NCBI GenBank assembly: GCA_965648935.1
Contig: CBFGIY010000014.1
Location: 1 to 40,480, forward strand
Direction of reading: 5' to 3'
Source of the DNA: a candidate division WOR-3 bacterium
Lineage (GTDB): Bacteria; Hydrothermota; Tepidihabitantia; Tepidihabitantales; Tepidihabitantaceae
DNA: 40,480 bases
Part shown: positions 8,294 to 17,210 of the stretch, piece after piece
Numbering within the stretch: position 1 is the stretch's first letter
Layout: each line of letters opens with the position of its first letter
Notes under the pieces: generated by a model
Told to the model about the DNA's origin: nothing
Databases searched by the model: none
The model's input: only the letters and a program-made list of their open reading frames with translations
Translations under genes and position numbers: made by a program

Positions 8294-8941
8294 CTAGCGC
8301 GCGAGGGCGTGGCCGATTACCGACTCAAGCTCGCCGACCGGCACCGCGCCGGGGCGGACCAGCCGCGGCTCTTCGCCGGTGCAGTCGAGCACGGTCGAGG
8401 CGCGGCCCGAGCCGCACACCCCGGCGTCGAGCGCGAGGTCGACCGAGGCGACGAGCTGTCCGTCGAGGCGCTCAAACTCGGCCGTGTCCGGTTCAGCGTG
8501 GATGTTCGCGCTGGTGCCGGCGATGGGCCGGCCGAGCCGGGCGATGAGGTTCTGAGTCACCGGGTGGCTGACCATCCGGACGCCGATGGTCGGGTTGCCG
8601 CCGGTGACCACCGCGGGCACGCGCCCGGAGCTGCGGAAGACCAGGGCCAGCGGGCCGGGCCAGAAGCACTGGATGAGCCGCCGCGCGATTTCGGGTACGC
8701 TGTCAGTAAGCCCGGCAAGCTGTGAGGGACTGGAGCAGTGGGCCATCAGGGGCAGGGCCGGGTCGCGGCGTTTGAGCGCGAAAACGCGCGCGACTGCCTC
8801 GGGCCGGTCGATCGCCGCGCCGATGCCGTAGACCGTCTCGGTCGGGAAGATCGCGACCGCGCCGCAGGCGAGCAGCTCAGCGGCCTCGTCGATGTGCTCG
8901 GGAACCACGGCGCCGCGGTCAAATGTCAGGACGCGGGGCAT
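8294..8941 (-). CDS. tsaC: L-threonylcarbamoyladenylate synthase (YrdC/Sua5 domain only)
   Basis: Start MPRVLTF overlapping the greA stop (TGATG); FPTETVYG, LKRR...PL..H, FWPGPL, GTSAN, ASTVLD. Confidence 0.93.
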   Translation of the reverse strand: MPRVLTFDRGAVVPEHIDEAAELLACGAVAIFPTETVYGIGAAIDRPEAVARVFALKRRDPALPLMAHCSSPSQLAGLTDSVPEIARRLIQCFWPGPLALVFRSSGRVPAVVTGGNPTIGVRMVSHPVTQNLIARLGRPIAGTSANIHAEPDTAEFERLDGQLVASVDLALDAGVCGSGRASTVLDCTGEEPRLVRPGAVPVGELESVIGHALAR

Positions 8942-10854
8942 CAGGAAAGGCCTGGCTCGATCGCGCGGATGGTGCAGGGCCGGCCTTCCATCTCGACGCG
9001 CTCGCCCGGCTTGCGGCCCATCAGCAGGCGGGCAAAGGGCGAGAGGTAGGAGATGATGCCGCGTTCGTGGTCCGAGTCCCACGGCCCGAGTATCGAGTAG
9101 ACAACCTCGGCCCCGGTCGGGTCCTCGAGCGTTACCCGGCAGCCGATTGACACTTCGCCGGTGTCGATGTCGCCGGGCTGGATAGGCCGGGCAAGGGCCA
9201 GTTCGTCGCGCAGCCGGTTCATCCGCGCCATCAGCCGGGCCTGCTTCTCCTTGGCCGCCTTGTACTCGTAGTTCTCGCTCAGGTCGCCGTGGGCCCGGGC
9301 CCGGGCGATTTCCTCGGCCGATGCGGGCAGGTCCACCTCGGTCAGCCGGTGCAGTTCTTCGCGGGCGCGCTCGATGCCGGCCGGCGTGGAGTAGATGAAG
9401 CTGTCGACCCGGTCCTTTTCGAGGTCGGGGAACTTCGCGGTTACCAGCGCGGCGATTTCGTCGGCGCGGTAGCCCTCGAGCGCGGCCACGGCGCGGCTCC
9501 GGTTCATCAGCCGCTCGGCCTCGGCGCGGTCCATAGTGTCCAGCGCGGCGCGCACGAGCGCGTAGTCACGGGCGGTCATCGCGTTGCGCAGTTTTGTCCA
9601 GTAGCCGCGGTGTGCCGGTGATTCGAGCAGGTCGAGCAGCCGCACGACCACTCCCTTGGGTCCGGTCACGCCCAGCCGGTCGGTGTGTTCGACCAGCCAG
9701 AGGAAGGCGTCCGGGTACTGGCGATACCCGGTGAGCACGCCTTCGAGCAGGCCCTGCCAGAGATCGGGCCGTGCCTCGGCGAGGGCCTTCTCGATTGCCG
9801 AGGCGGCGCGCGAGTCGCGGCCGGCGCGGAAGAGCATCGCGTAGACCTTGTCCCACTCGGCGGGCCGGGCCGCGCGCACTGCCTCAAGCAGGGCCTTGCG
9901 CTCGGGGAAGGTCCGGAGCTTCTCGTAGGCGGCGAGCAGTTTCGCGTCGTCGTAGCCGGCGACTGCGGCGGCATCGAAACTCGCCGCGCGCTCGGTCCGG
10001 CGCGCTGTTGCGGTTGCGGTGCTGACCGGCGTGTCGGTGTAGGCGTAGGTGCGGGCAGGCACGGTGCGGCAGATGATGTGCGGGTCGCGCGCCACATCCC
10101 TGCGCGCCCGGTTCCAGAAGGCTTCCCAGTCGCCCGGCGGGACGATGCCCGCGAGGCCGGCGCCGATGTCGGCCACGCTCATCGGCCGGCCGGTGTCGCG
10201 CAAGAGCAGGCGCACCAGCGTTCCGGGTTCGGACGCGGCAAGCTTCTGCAGGTCGGCGCGGTTCGTGCGCAGGCGCGAGAAGTAGCCGTCCGGGGCACAG
10301 GGGCGGAGCCGGCGCGACGCGGCGGTCACGTCCCAGGACAACTCAGCGCCCATATCGAAGTCGACTGTCACGCGGTCGAGGAGCAGGTCGAGCTTCTTCA
10401 CGCGGCCAGGGCCGCGGTCGGCATCGTAGACGCAGGCGCCGGGCGCAAACGCGAGGTAGCGGTCGAGCAGGGGCAGGGCTTCTTTGAGCGACTGGCCGTA
10501 GCCGAGCCCGGACTTGTGGACTATCGCCTCAAGGTCGGTGACCGATGCGTAGGCGCGCTTGACGCAGTCGGCGATGTCGTGGGCGAGCTCGGCCGATTCC
10601 GGGTCGAGCGCGGCGGCCCGACGGAGCACGCCGAGCGCGTCATCGAACCGACTCGCCTCTTTGAGCGAGTCGGCCAGCACCGACAGCAGCACCGAGGCTG
10701 TCGCGCGCGGCGCATACTTCTCGACGTTCTCGGACTCGACCAGCAGGGCATCAAGCGGTGTGCCGGCTTCGATCATCTCAAGCCAAGTGCCCTCGAGGCT
10801 GTCGTAATCCTTCTTGCGGAGTTGTTCGCGGAAACGTTTGGCGAGCTCTTCCAT
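8941..10854 (-). CDS. greA: Transcription elongation factor GreA with large N-terminal helical extension
   Basis: C-terminal ARAHGDLSENYEYKAAKEKQ, SILGPWD, ISYLSP; about 480 extra N-terminal residues. Confidence 0.88.
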   Translation of the reverse strand: MEELAKRFREQLRKKDYDSLEGTWLEMIEAGTPLDALLVESENVEKYAPRATASVLLSVLADSLKEASRFDDALGVLRRAAALDPESAELAHDIADCVKRAYASVTDLEAIVHKSGLGYGQSLKEALPLLDRYLAFAPGACVYDADRGPGRVKKLDLLLDRVTVDFDMGAELSWDVTAASRRLRPCAPDGYFSRLRTNRADLQKLAASEPGTLVRLLLRDTGRPMSVADIGAGLAGIVPPGDWEAFWNRARRDVARDPHIICRTVPARTYAYTDTPVSTATATARRTERAASFDAAAVAGYDDAKLLAAYEKLRTFPERKALLEAVRAARPAEWDKVYAMLFRAGRDSRAASAIEKALAEARPDLWQGLLEGVLTGYRQYPDAFLWLVEHTDRLGVTGPKGVVVRLLDLLESPAHRGYWTKLRNAMTARDYALVRAALDTMDRAEAERLMNRSRAVAALEGYRADEIAALVTAKFPDLEKDRVDSFIYSTPAGIERAREELHRLTEVDLPASAEEIARARAHGDLSENYEYKAAKEKQARLMARMNRLRDELALARPIQPGDIDTGEVSIGCRVTLEDPTGAEVVYSILGPWDSDHERGIISYLSPFARLLMGRKPGERVEMEGRPCTIRAIEPGLS

Positions 10855-10863
10855 TGGACTGTC

Positions 10864-10892
10864 AGCTTATTTGCGCCGGGCCTGACAGTCAA
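10864..10892 (-). promoter_or_regulatory. Putative sigma70 promoter of greA-tsaC with overlapping inverted repeat
   Basis: TTGACT-17 nt-TAAGCT, 9 nt before ATG; IR GACTGTCAG (10857-10865) / CTGACAGTC (10882-10890). Confidence 0.6.
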
Positions 10893-11131
10893 GAACAGTA
10901 GCCGGCGATGCCAGGAGCCGCGCGGCCTGCGCCGAGCCGGATGCATGATGCTGGCGGCCAGACAGAATTCGTGAGGTGAAGCGGGGGTTCGCTCCGAGCC
11001 GGTCTGGTAAATGCCGCATTGTCGATGTGTTGTGGCGCGAAGCCGAGTTGGAATCGCGAGGCCGGGCGGTCAAGAGACCGTCCAGGGGACCGTTCCCCCG
11101 GCGGCCTCGGTCGGCGACGAGGGCCGTGTCC

Positions 11132-11160
11132 TTGACCCGCGCCGGGTTTGCCCATATATT
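11132..11160 (+). promoter_or_regulatory. Putative sigma70 promoter of the crotonase-thiolase operon
   Basis: TTGACC-17 nt-TATATT; SD AGGAGG before GTG 11203. Confidence 0.7.
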
Positions 11161-11202
11161 GGCATTGACGGCCCGGCAGTCGGGCTGCAACAGGAGGCCT
11201 TA

Positions 11203-11976
11203 GTGGATTTCAAACACTTGATTGTGACCAAGGCCGACGGCATCGGCTGGCTCAAGTTCAACCGGCCGCCGGTGAACGCGCTGAACACCGAGGTGGTGCT
11301 GGAGATCGAGCGCGCGGTGGACTGGTTCGCGGCTGAGCCCGACGTGATGGTCATCGTGCTGACCGGCGAAGGCAAGGCTTTCGTGGCCGGGGCCGATATC
11401 GCCGAGATGTCGGAGTTCACCCCGCTTAAGGCGCGCGCGTTCGCCCAGAACGGCCACCGTGCGCTGGGCAAGCTGGCCGCGGTCGAGAAGCCGGTGATTG
11501 CCGCGGTCAACGGGTTCGCGCTGGGCGGCGGCTGCGAGGTCGCGCTGGCGTGCGACATCCGCATCCTGGCCGAGGGCGCCAGGATCGGCCAGCCCGAGGT
11601 GAACCTCGGGCTGATTCCGGGTTTCGGCGGGACCCAGCGGCTGGCGCGGCTGGTCGGGCCGGGCATCGCCAAGGAGCTCATCTTCTCGGCCGACGCGATT
11701 GACGCGGCCGAGGCGCTGCGCATCGGGCTGGCCAACAAGGTCGTGCCGGCGGACAAGCTGATCGAGACCGCGACCGCGCTGGCGCAGAAGATCGCGAGCA
11801 AGGGTCCGACCGCGGTGCGGCTGGCCAAGACACTCATCAATCGCGGGCTGGACTGCGACCTCGGGGCAGGCAACGCGATGGAGGTCGAAGCGTTCGGCGT
11901 GTGCTTCGGAACGTCAGAGCCGGCAGAAGGCACGGCGGCATTCCTGCAGAAGCGCAAGCCCGCGTGGAGCAAATGA
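11203..11976 (+). CDS. crt: Enoyl-CoA hydratase (crotonase)
   Basis: NRPPVNAL, AFVAGADI, NGFALGGGCEVALACD, GQPEVNLGLIPGFGGTQRL with both catalytic Glu; GTG start with SD. Confidence 0.9.
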   Translation: MDFKHLIVTKADGIGWLKFNRPPVNALNTEVVLEIERAVDWFAAEPDVMVIVLTGEGKAFVAGADIAEMSEFTPLKARAFAQNGHRALGKLAAVEKPVIAAVNGFALGGGCEVALACDIRILAEGARIGQPEVNLGLIPGFGGTQRLARLVGPGIAKELIFSADAIDAAEALRIGLANKVVPADKLIETATALAQKIASKGPTAVRLAKTLINRGLDCDLGAGNAMEVEAFGVCFGTSEPAEGTAAFLQKRKPAWSK

Positions 11977-12008
11977 TCTACGATCTCCGATCGCCGATTT
12001 CCGATCTG
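11974..12008 (+). repeat. Left heptamer tandem array (CGATyTC-like, 5 units)
   Basis: tgatcta cgatctc cgatcgc cgatttc cgatctg. Confidence 0.85.
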
Positions 12009-12024
12009 ATCTGAAGGTCGGCGC

Positions 12025-12378
12025 TTGACGAGAGCTGAGCTGCTGGGGCGATCGAAGGGATTTGCCCTTGATGTCATCCGGATGGCGGCGAAGCTGCCGG
12101 CGCGGCCAGAGTTCCGGGTCATAGCGACGCAGTTGGTCAGGTCGGCGACGGGAATCGGGGCGAACTACCGCGCCGCCTGCCGGTCACGCTCGAAGCGCGA
12201 GTTCATTGCGAGGCTGGGCGTGGTCGAGGAAGAGGCGGATGAGTCGGCGTATTGGCTGGAACTGCTCAGCGAGTTGAACGTGCCTCAGCCCGTCGAGGTC
12301 GGGCGCCTGCTCGACGAGGCAAACCAGATCGTGGCCATTTTCGTGACCGCACGCAGGACTGCGAAGGCCAACGGATGA
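12025..12378 (+). CDS. Four helix bundle protein (23S rRNA IVS-encoded / Avd-like family)
   Basis: QLVRSATGIGANYRAACRSRSKREFIARLGVVEEEADESAYWLELL, the typical family signature. Confidence 0.92.
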   Translation: MTRAELLGRSKGFALDVIRMAAKLPARPEFRVIATQLVRSATGIGANYRAACRSRSKREFIARLGVVEEEADESAYWLELLSELNVPQPVEVGRLLDEANQIVAIFVTARRTAKANG

Positions 12379-12411
12379 GATCGTAGATCGGAAATCGGAC
12401 ATCGGAAATGT
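12377..12411 (+). repeat. Right heptamer tandem array, reverse complement of the left array
   Basis: gagatcg tagatcg gaaatcg gacatcg gaaatgt; GAGATCGTAGATC (12377-12389) is the exact reverse complement of GATCTACGATCTC (11975-11987). Confidence 0.85.
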
Positions 12412-12426
12412 TGAAAGGAGACTGAC

Positions 12427-13623
<1,197 letters not shown>

Positions 13624-13625
13624 CG

Positions 13626-14045
13626 TTGCCGGTCGAGCGCACGACAACACGGAGCGCGGCCGAGACGGTTGAGCTCGGCCGCGCTCTGGCCCCACGGCTG
13701 AAGGCCGGGGACGTGGTTGCCTTATTCGGTGACCTGGGCAGCGGCAAGACGACGATGATCAAGGGCATCGCGGCCGGGCTGGGCGTCACCGAGACGGTGC
13801 GCAGTCCGTCGTTCGTCATCGTGACCGAGTACCGGGGAAGGGTGCCGGTCTATCACATTGACCTGTACCGGCTGGAGGGTTCAGCAGCGGTCGAGCGTAT
13901 CGGGCTCGACGAGTACTTCGGCGGCGACGGCGTCTGTCTTCTGGAGTGGGCCGAGCGGCTCGGGAACGGGTTGCCCTGCGACGCGGTGCGCGTGCGACTC
14001 GCCGTTACCGGCGAGGGCCGGTCGGTCGAAGTCGAGTTTCCCTAG
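13626..14045 (+). CDS. tsaE: tRNA t6A biosynthesis ATPase TsaE
   Basis: GDLGSGKTT, VRSPSF, HIDLYRL, LEWAER; TTG start is inferred. Confidence 0.92.
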   Translation: MPVERTTTRSAAETVELGRALAPRLKAGDVVALFGDLGSGKTTMIKGIAAGLGVTETVRSPSFVIVTEYRGRVPVYHIDLYRLEGSAAVERIGLDEYFGGDGVCLLEWAERLGNGLPCDAVRVRLAVTGEGRSVEVEFP

Positions 14046-14051
14046 AGACAA

Positions 14052-16997
14052 TCAGGCTGCGGCCGGCTGGCGCCCGAGCCACTCGAGCAGCGCGCCGATG
14101 CCGCCTTCGATCCGGGCAGTACCGGCCGGGCCGGTGACCGTGGCCTTGCCGGCCCTGAGGCTGACCCGTTCGACACCGGCCCGGCGGGCGAGGACGCGGA
14201 CCCGGGCGATGTCGAGCAGGTCGTCGAGCGCGGCGGGCGGCCGGCCAAAGCGGTCGGCCATCTCGGCGCGCAGGTCGTCGACCTCGGTGAGTGAGGCGAC
14301 TCCAAGCAGGCGTTTGTAGATGGCGACGCGCTCGAATCCGTCGGGCACGTACTCGACCGGCAGAGCCGCGCGGACGTCGAGCGCGAGTTCGGGTTCGGGC
14401 GCGATGGTCTCGCCCCGGGCGCGCGCGACCGATTCCTTCAGCATCCGGGCGTAGAGGTTGAACCCGACGCGTGCGATGTGGCCGTGTTGCTCGGTGCCGA
14501 GCAGGTTGCCGACCCCGCGGATTTCCCTGTCTCGCACCGCGAGCCGGTCCCCGGACCCCAGACGAGAGTAGGCGACAAGCGCCGAGAGCCGTTTGCGCGC
14601 GTCCGGCGTGACCGCGCGGTCGTCGGGCACGAGGAAGAGCGCGTAGGCCTGCAGCGCCGACCGGCCGACCCGGCCGCGCAACTGGTGCAGGTCGGCCAGA
14701 CCGAAGCGGTCGGCACGGTCGACGATTATGGTGTTGACGTTGGGCAGGTCCACGCCCGATTCGATTATCGCGGTGCAGAGCAGGATGTCGCTCCTGCCGG
14801 CCGCGAAGTCCGAGTAGATGCGCGCGAGCGCCCGGCCGGTCATCTGGCCGTGGGCGACCGCGATGCGCGCTTCGGGCAGCAGCCGCGCGAGCCGGGCCGC
14901 GACCCGGTCGATGCCGCGGATTTCGTTGTGGACAAAGAAGACCTGGCCCCCGCGGTTGAGTTCGCGGTGAACGTACTCGCGCACGAGCGCGTCGCTGAAC
15001 GGCGCGACGTCGGTGGCGATGTCGCGCCGGCCCGGCGGCGGTGTGCTGAGCTGGGTGATGTCGCGCAGACCGGCCAGCGCCATGTAGAGCGTGCGCGGTA
15101 TCGGCGTGGCGGTGAGCGTGAGCACGTCGACCGAAGCGCGGAGCTGCTTCAGTCGGTCCTTCTGCCGCACGCCGAAGCGCTGTTCCTCGTCGACGATGAC
15201 GAGCCCGAGGTCACGGAACCGGACGCGCGGAGAGAGCAGCAGGTGGGTGCCGATGACGATGTCGACCGAGCCGCTGGCGAGTCCCTCAAGCACCGTGGCC
15301 TGGGCGCCGGAGTCGGCCAGGCGCGAGAGCATAGCGACCCGCACGGGCAGCGCGGCAAGCCGCCGGGTGAAGCCGGTGTAGTGCTGCCAGCAGAGGATCG
15401 TGGTCGGGGCGAGGAGGGCGACCTGTTTCAGGCCGGCCACCGCCTTGACCGCGGCGCGCAGAGCGACCTCGGTCTTGCCGTAGCCCACGTCGCCGCAGAC
15501 GAGCCGGTCCATCGGCCGGGCGCGTTCCATGTCGGCACGCACCGCATCGAGCGCGGCAAGCTGGTCCGGAGTCTCGTCGTGGGGAAAGGAGGCTTCGACC
15601 GCCTCGGCCCACGCGCCGTCGCGCGGGAAGGCCGTGCCGGGCGCGACCGAGCGCCGGGCGTAGAGGTCAAGGAGTTCGCCGGCATAGTCGACGCTCGAGC
15701 GCGCGGCCTTCGCCTTTGCGTGGAGCCAGGAGCGGCCGCCGAGCCGGTCGAGCTGGGGCGAGCCTTCGTCGGAACCGACGTAGCGGTCGAGCAGTCCGAT
15801 GTTCTCCACCGGAACGTAGACGCGATCGCCGCCGTGATAGCGCACGACGAGGTAGTCCTTCTCGATGCCGGCCGCGCTCATTCTCTTCGTGCCCTCGAAC
15901 CGGCCGACGCCGTAGTCGACGTGGACGACGTGCTCGCCCGGCCGCAGCGCGACGAGATTGTCGAGGGGAAGACCTCTGAAACGACGGCGCGGCGCGCGCA
16001 GGACCGGCGCGCCGTAGATTTCCCTTTCGGTGAGCAGCGTGAGACCGGACGGTTCGTGAACGAACCCGCGCGAGAGCGCGGCTGCCGCAAACGCCGGCCG
16101 GTCGCCGAGCAGCCGGCGCAGCCGTTCCATCTGGTGGTCGGATGAGGCCGTGACAAGCCACCGGCCTCCCGCGGTCTCAAGCTGGGACCGAAGCAGGCCT
16201 GTGTTGCCGAGGAAGTTCGGGGCCGGGCGAAATCCGAAGTCGACGCCTGTGCCGGTGCCGGGGTGAATGACAGCGTTCGGGGTGAGCGTGGTGCAGCCCG
16301 GCTCGCCGACGACGTACGCGCCCTCAGGTATGACGGTCGCGGCCGGGGCATCGGAACGCGCGGGCGGGACGCGCGTCGTGAGCCGGGCCTGCTCTGCGCT
16401 GGACTGGGAACGTTGAGAGAGCGGGTCGAAGCGGCGCAGCGACTCGACGCCGTCAGGCCCGAACTCGATGCGCAGCGGCAACTCGGCGTCGTCCGAAAAG
16501 ACGTCGACGATGCCGCCGCGCGCGGCGTACTCGCCCGGCTCGGTTACAAGGTCGGTGCGCTCATAGCCGTTGGCTTCGAGCCAAGCCGCCAGGTCGGTCG
16601 GCTGACAGGGCCTTCCCGGCGCCAGCTCAAGCGTCGAGTCAGGGCGTTCGTCAAGAGATGGGCCCGGGCCGTGCAGGACTTCCTCGACTGCGAAGAGCAC
16701 GGCCGGTCCGCCGCGGGCCAGCTCGCGCAGAGTCGCGGGCAGGGCGGCACTGGCAGGCTCGAAGAGCGCGGCGCGCAGTCCCGGCGCGAGCACCTCGATG
16801 TCGGTCACTGCAGCCCGCGCGTCAGCCTCACGATCGAACACTGCAACGACCAGCTGCTCGAGGCGCGTGGAGAGCGCGGCGAGGAAGCCGGCACGAGCCG
16901 CGCCTTCAATGCCGCAGACGTCGGGGCTGGCCCGGTCAGGCAATGCCGCCAGTTTGTCGAGGTTGAACAGCTGCGGAATCGAGCCGAGGTCAGGCAT
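14052..16997 (-). CDS. mfd: Transcription-repair coupling factor
   Basis: UvrB-like EYAARGGIVDVF, RID domain VVHVDYGVG, GDVGYGKTEVA, DEEQRFG, TATPIPRT, QLRGRVGR, TRCF C-terminus. Confidence 0.95.
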   Translation of the reverse strand: MPDLGSIPQLFNLDKLAALPDRASPDVCGIEGAARAGFLAALSTRLEQLVVAVFDREADARAAVTDIEVLAPGLRAALFEPASAALPATLRELARGGPAVLFAVEEVLHGPGPSLDERPDSTLELAPGRPCQPTDLAAWLEANGYERTDLVTEPGEYAARGGIVDVFSDDAELPLRIEFGPDGVESLRRFDPLSQRSQSSAEQARLTTRVPPARSDAPAATVIPEGAYVVGEPGCTTLTPNAVIHPGTGTGVDFGFRPAPNFLGNTGLLRSQLETAGGRWLVTASSDHQMERLRRLLGDRPAFAAAALSRGFVHEPSGLTLLTEREIYGAPVLRAPRRRFRGLPLDNLVALRPGEHVVHVDYGVGRFEGTKRMSAAGIEKDYLVVRYHGGDRVYVPVENIGLLDRYVGSDEGSPQLDRLGGRSWLHAKAKAARSSVDYAGELLDLYARRSVAPGTAFPRDGAWAEAVEASFPHDETPDQLAALDAVRADMERARPMDRLVCGDVGYGKTEVALRAAVKAVAGLKQVALLAPTTILCWQHYTGFTRRLAALPVRVAMLSRLADSGAQATVLEGLASGSVDIVIGTHLLLSPRVRFRDLGLVIVDEEQRFGVRQKDRLKQLRASVDVLTLTATPIPRTLYMALAGLRDITQLSTPPPGRRDIATDVAPFSDALVREYVHRELNRGGQVFFVHNEIRGIDRVAARLARLLPEARIAVAHGQMTGRALARIYSDFAAGRSDILLCTAIIESGVDLPNVNTIIVDRADRFGLADLHQLRGRVGRSALQAYALFLVPDDRAVTPDARKRLSALVAYSRLGSGDRLAVRDREIRGVGNLLGTEQHGHIARVGFNLYARMLKESVARARGETIAPEPELALDVRAALPVEYVPDGFERVAIYKRLLGVASLTEVDDLRAEMADRFGRPPAALDDLLDIARVRVLARRAGVERVSLRAGKATVTGPAGTARIEGGIGALLEWLGRQPAAA

Positions 16998-16998
16998 G

Positions 16999-17032
16999 AA
17001 AAAGCGCAGGGGGGCGCGATGCCCCCCTGCGC
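16999..17032 (-). terminator. Intrinsic terminator downstream of the Lys-rich small gene
   Basis: 12-bp perfect stem (17004-17015 / 17021-17032), 5-nt loop, followed by TTTTT on the minus strand. Confidence 0.85.
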
Positions 17033-17045
17033 AGCCCGATGCGGG

Positions 17046-17141
17046 CTACTTCTTCTTGGCGACTTTCTTCGCCTTCTTGGCCGGAGCCTTCTTGACCGCT
17101 TTCTTCGCAGTCTTCTTGACTCCACGTTTCATGCAAGCCAT
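17046..17141 (-). CDS. 31-aa Lys/Ala-rich basic peptide (histone H1/Hc-tail-like)
   Basis: MACMKRGVKKTAKKAVKKAPAKKAKKVAKKK*; SD AAAGGAGGT; own promoter and terminator; alternative start at the second Met. Confidence 0.8.
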   Translation of the reverse strand: MACMKRGVKKTAKKAVKKAPAKKAKKVAKKK

Positions 17142-17163
17142 CAGACCTCCTTTGTAACGGTTC

Positions 17164-17191
17164 ATCATAGGTTGCGGTGTTCGCATGTCAA
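17164..17191 (-). promoter_or_regulatory. Near-consensus sigma70 promoter of the Lys-rich peptide gene
   Basis: TTGACA-16 nt-TATGAT. Confidence 0.8.
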
Positions 17192-17210
17192 GAGAGAATT
17201 TGCGTTCGGC

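Noticed and set aside
11974..12411. CRISPR array, DGR or rRNA IVS interpretation of the heptamer/four-helix locus
   Set aside because: No spacers or cas genes, no reverse transcriptase or TR/VR pair, and no rRNA sequence in the window.
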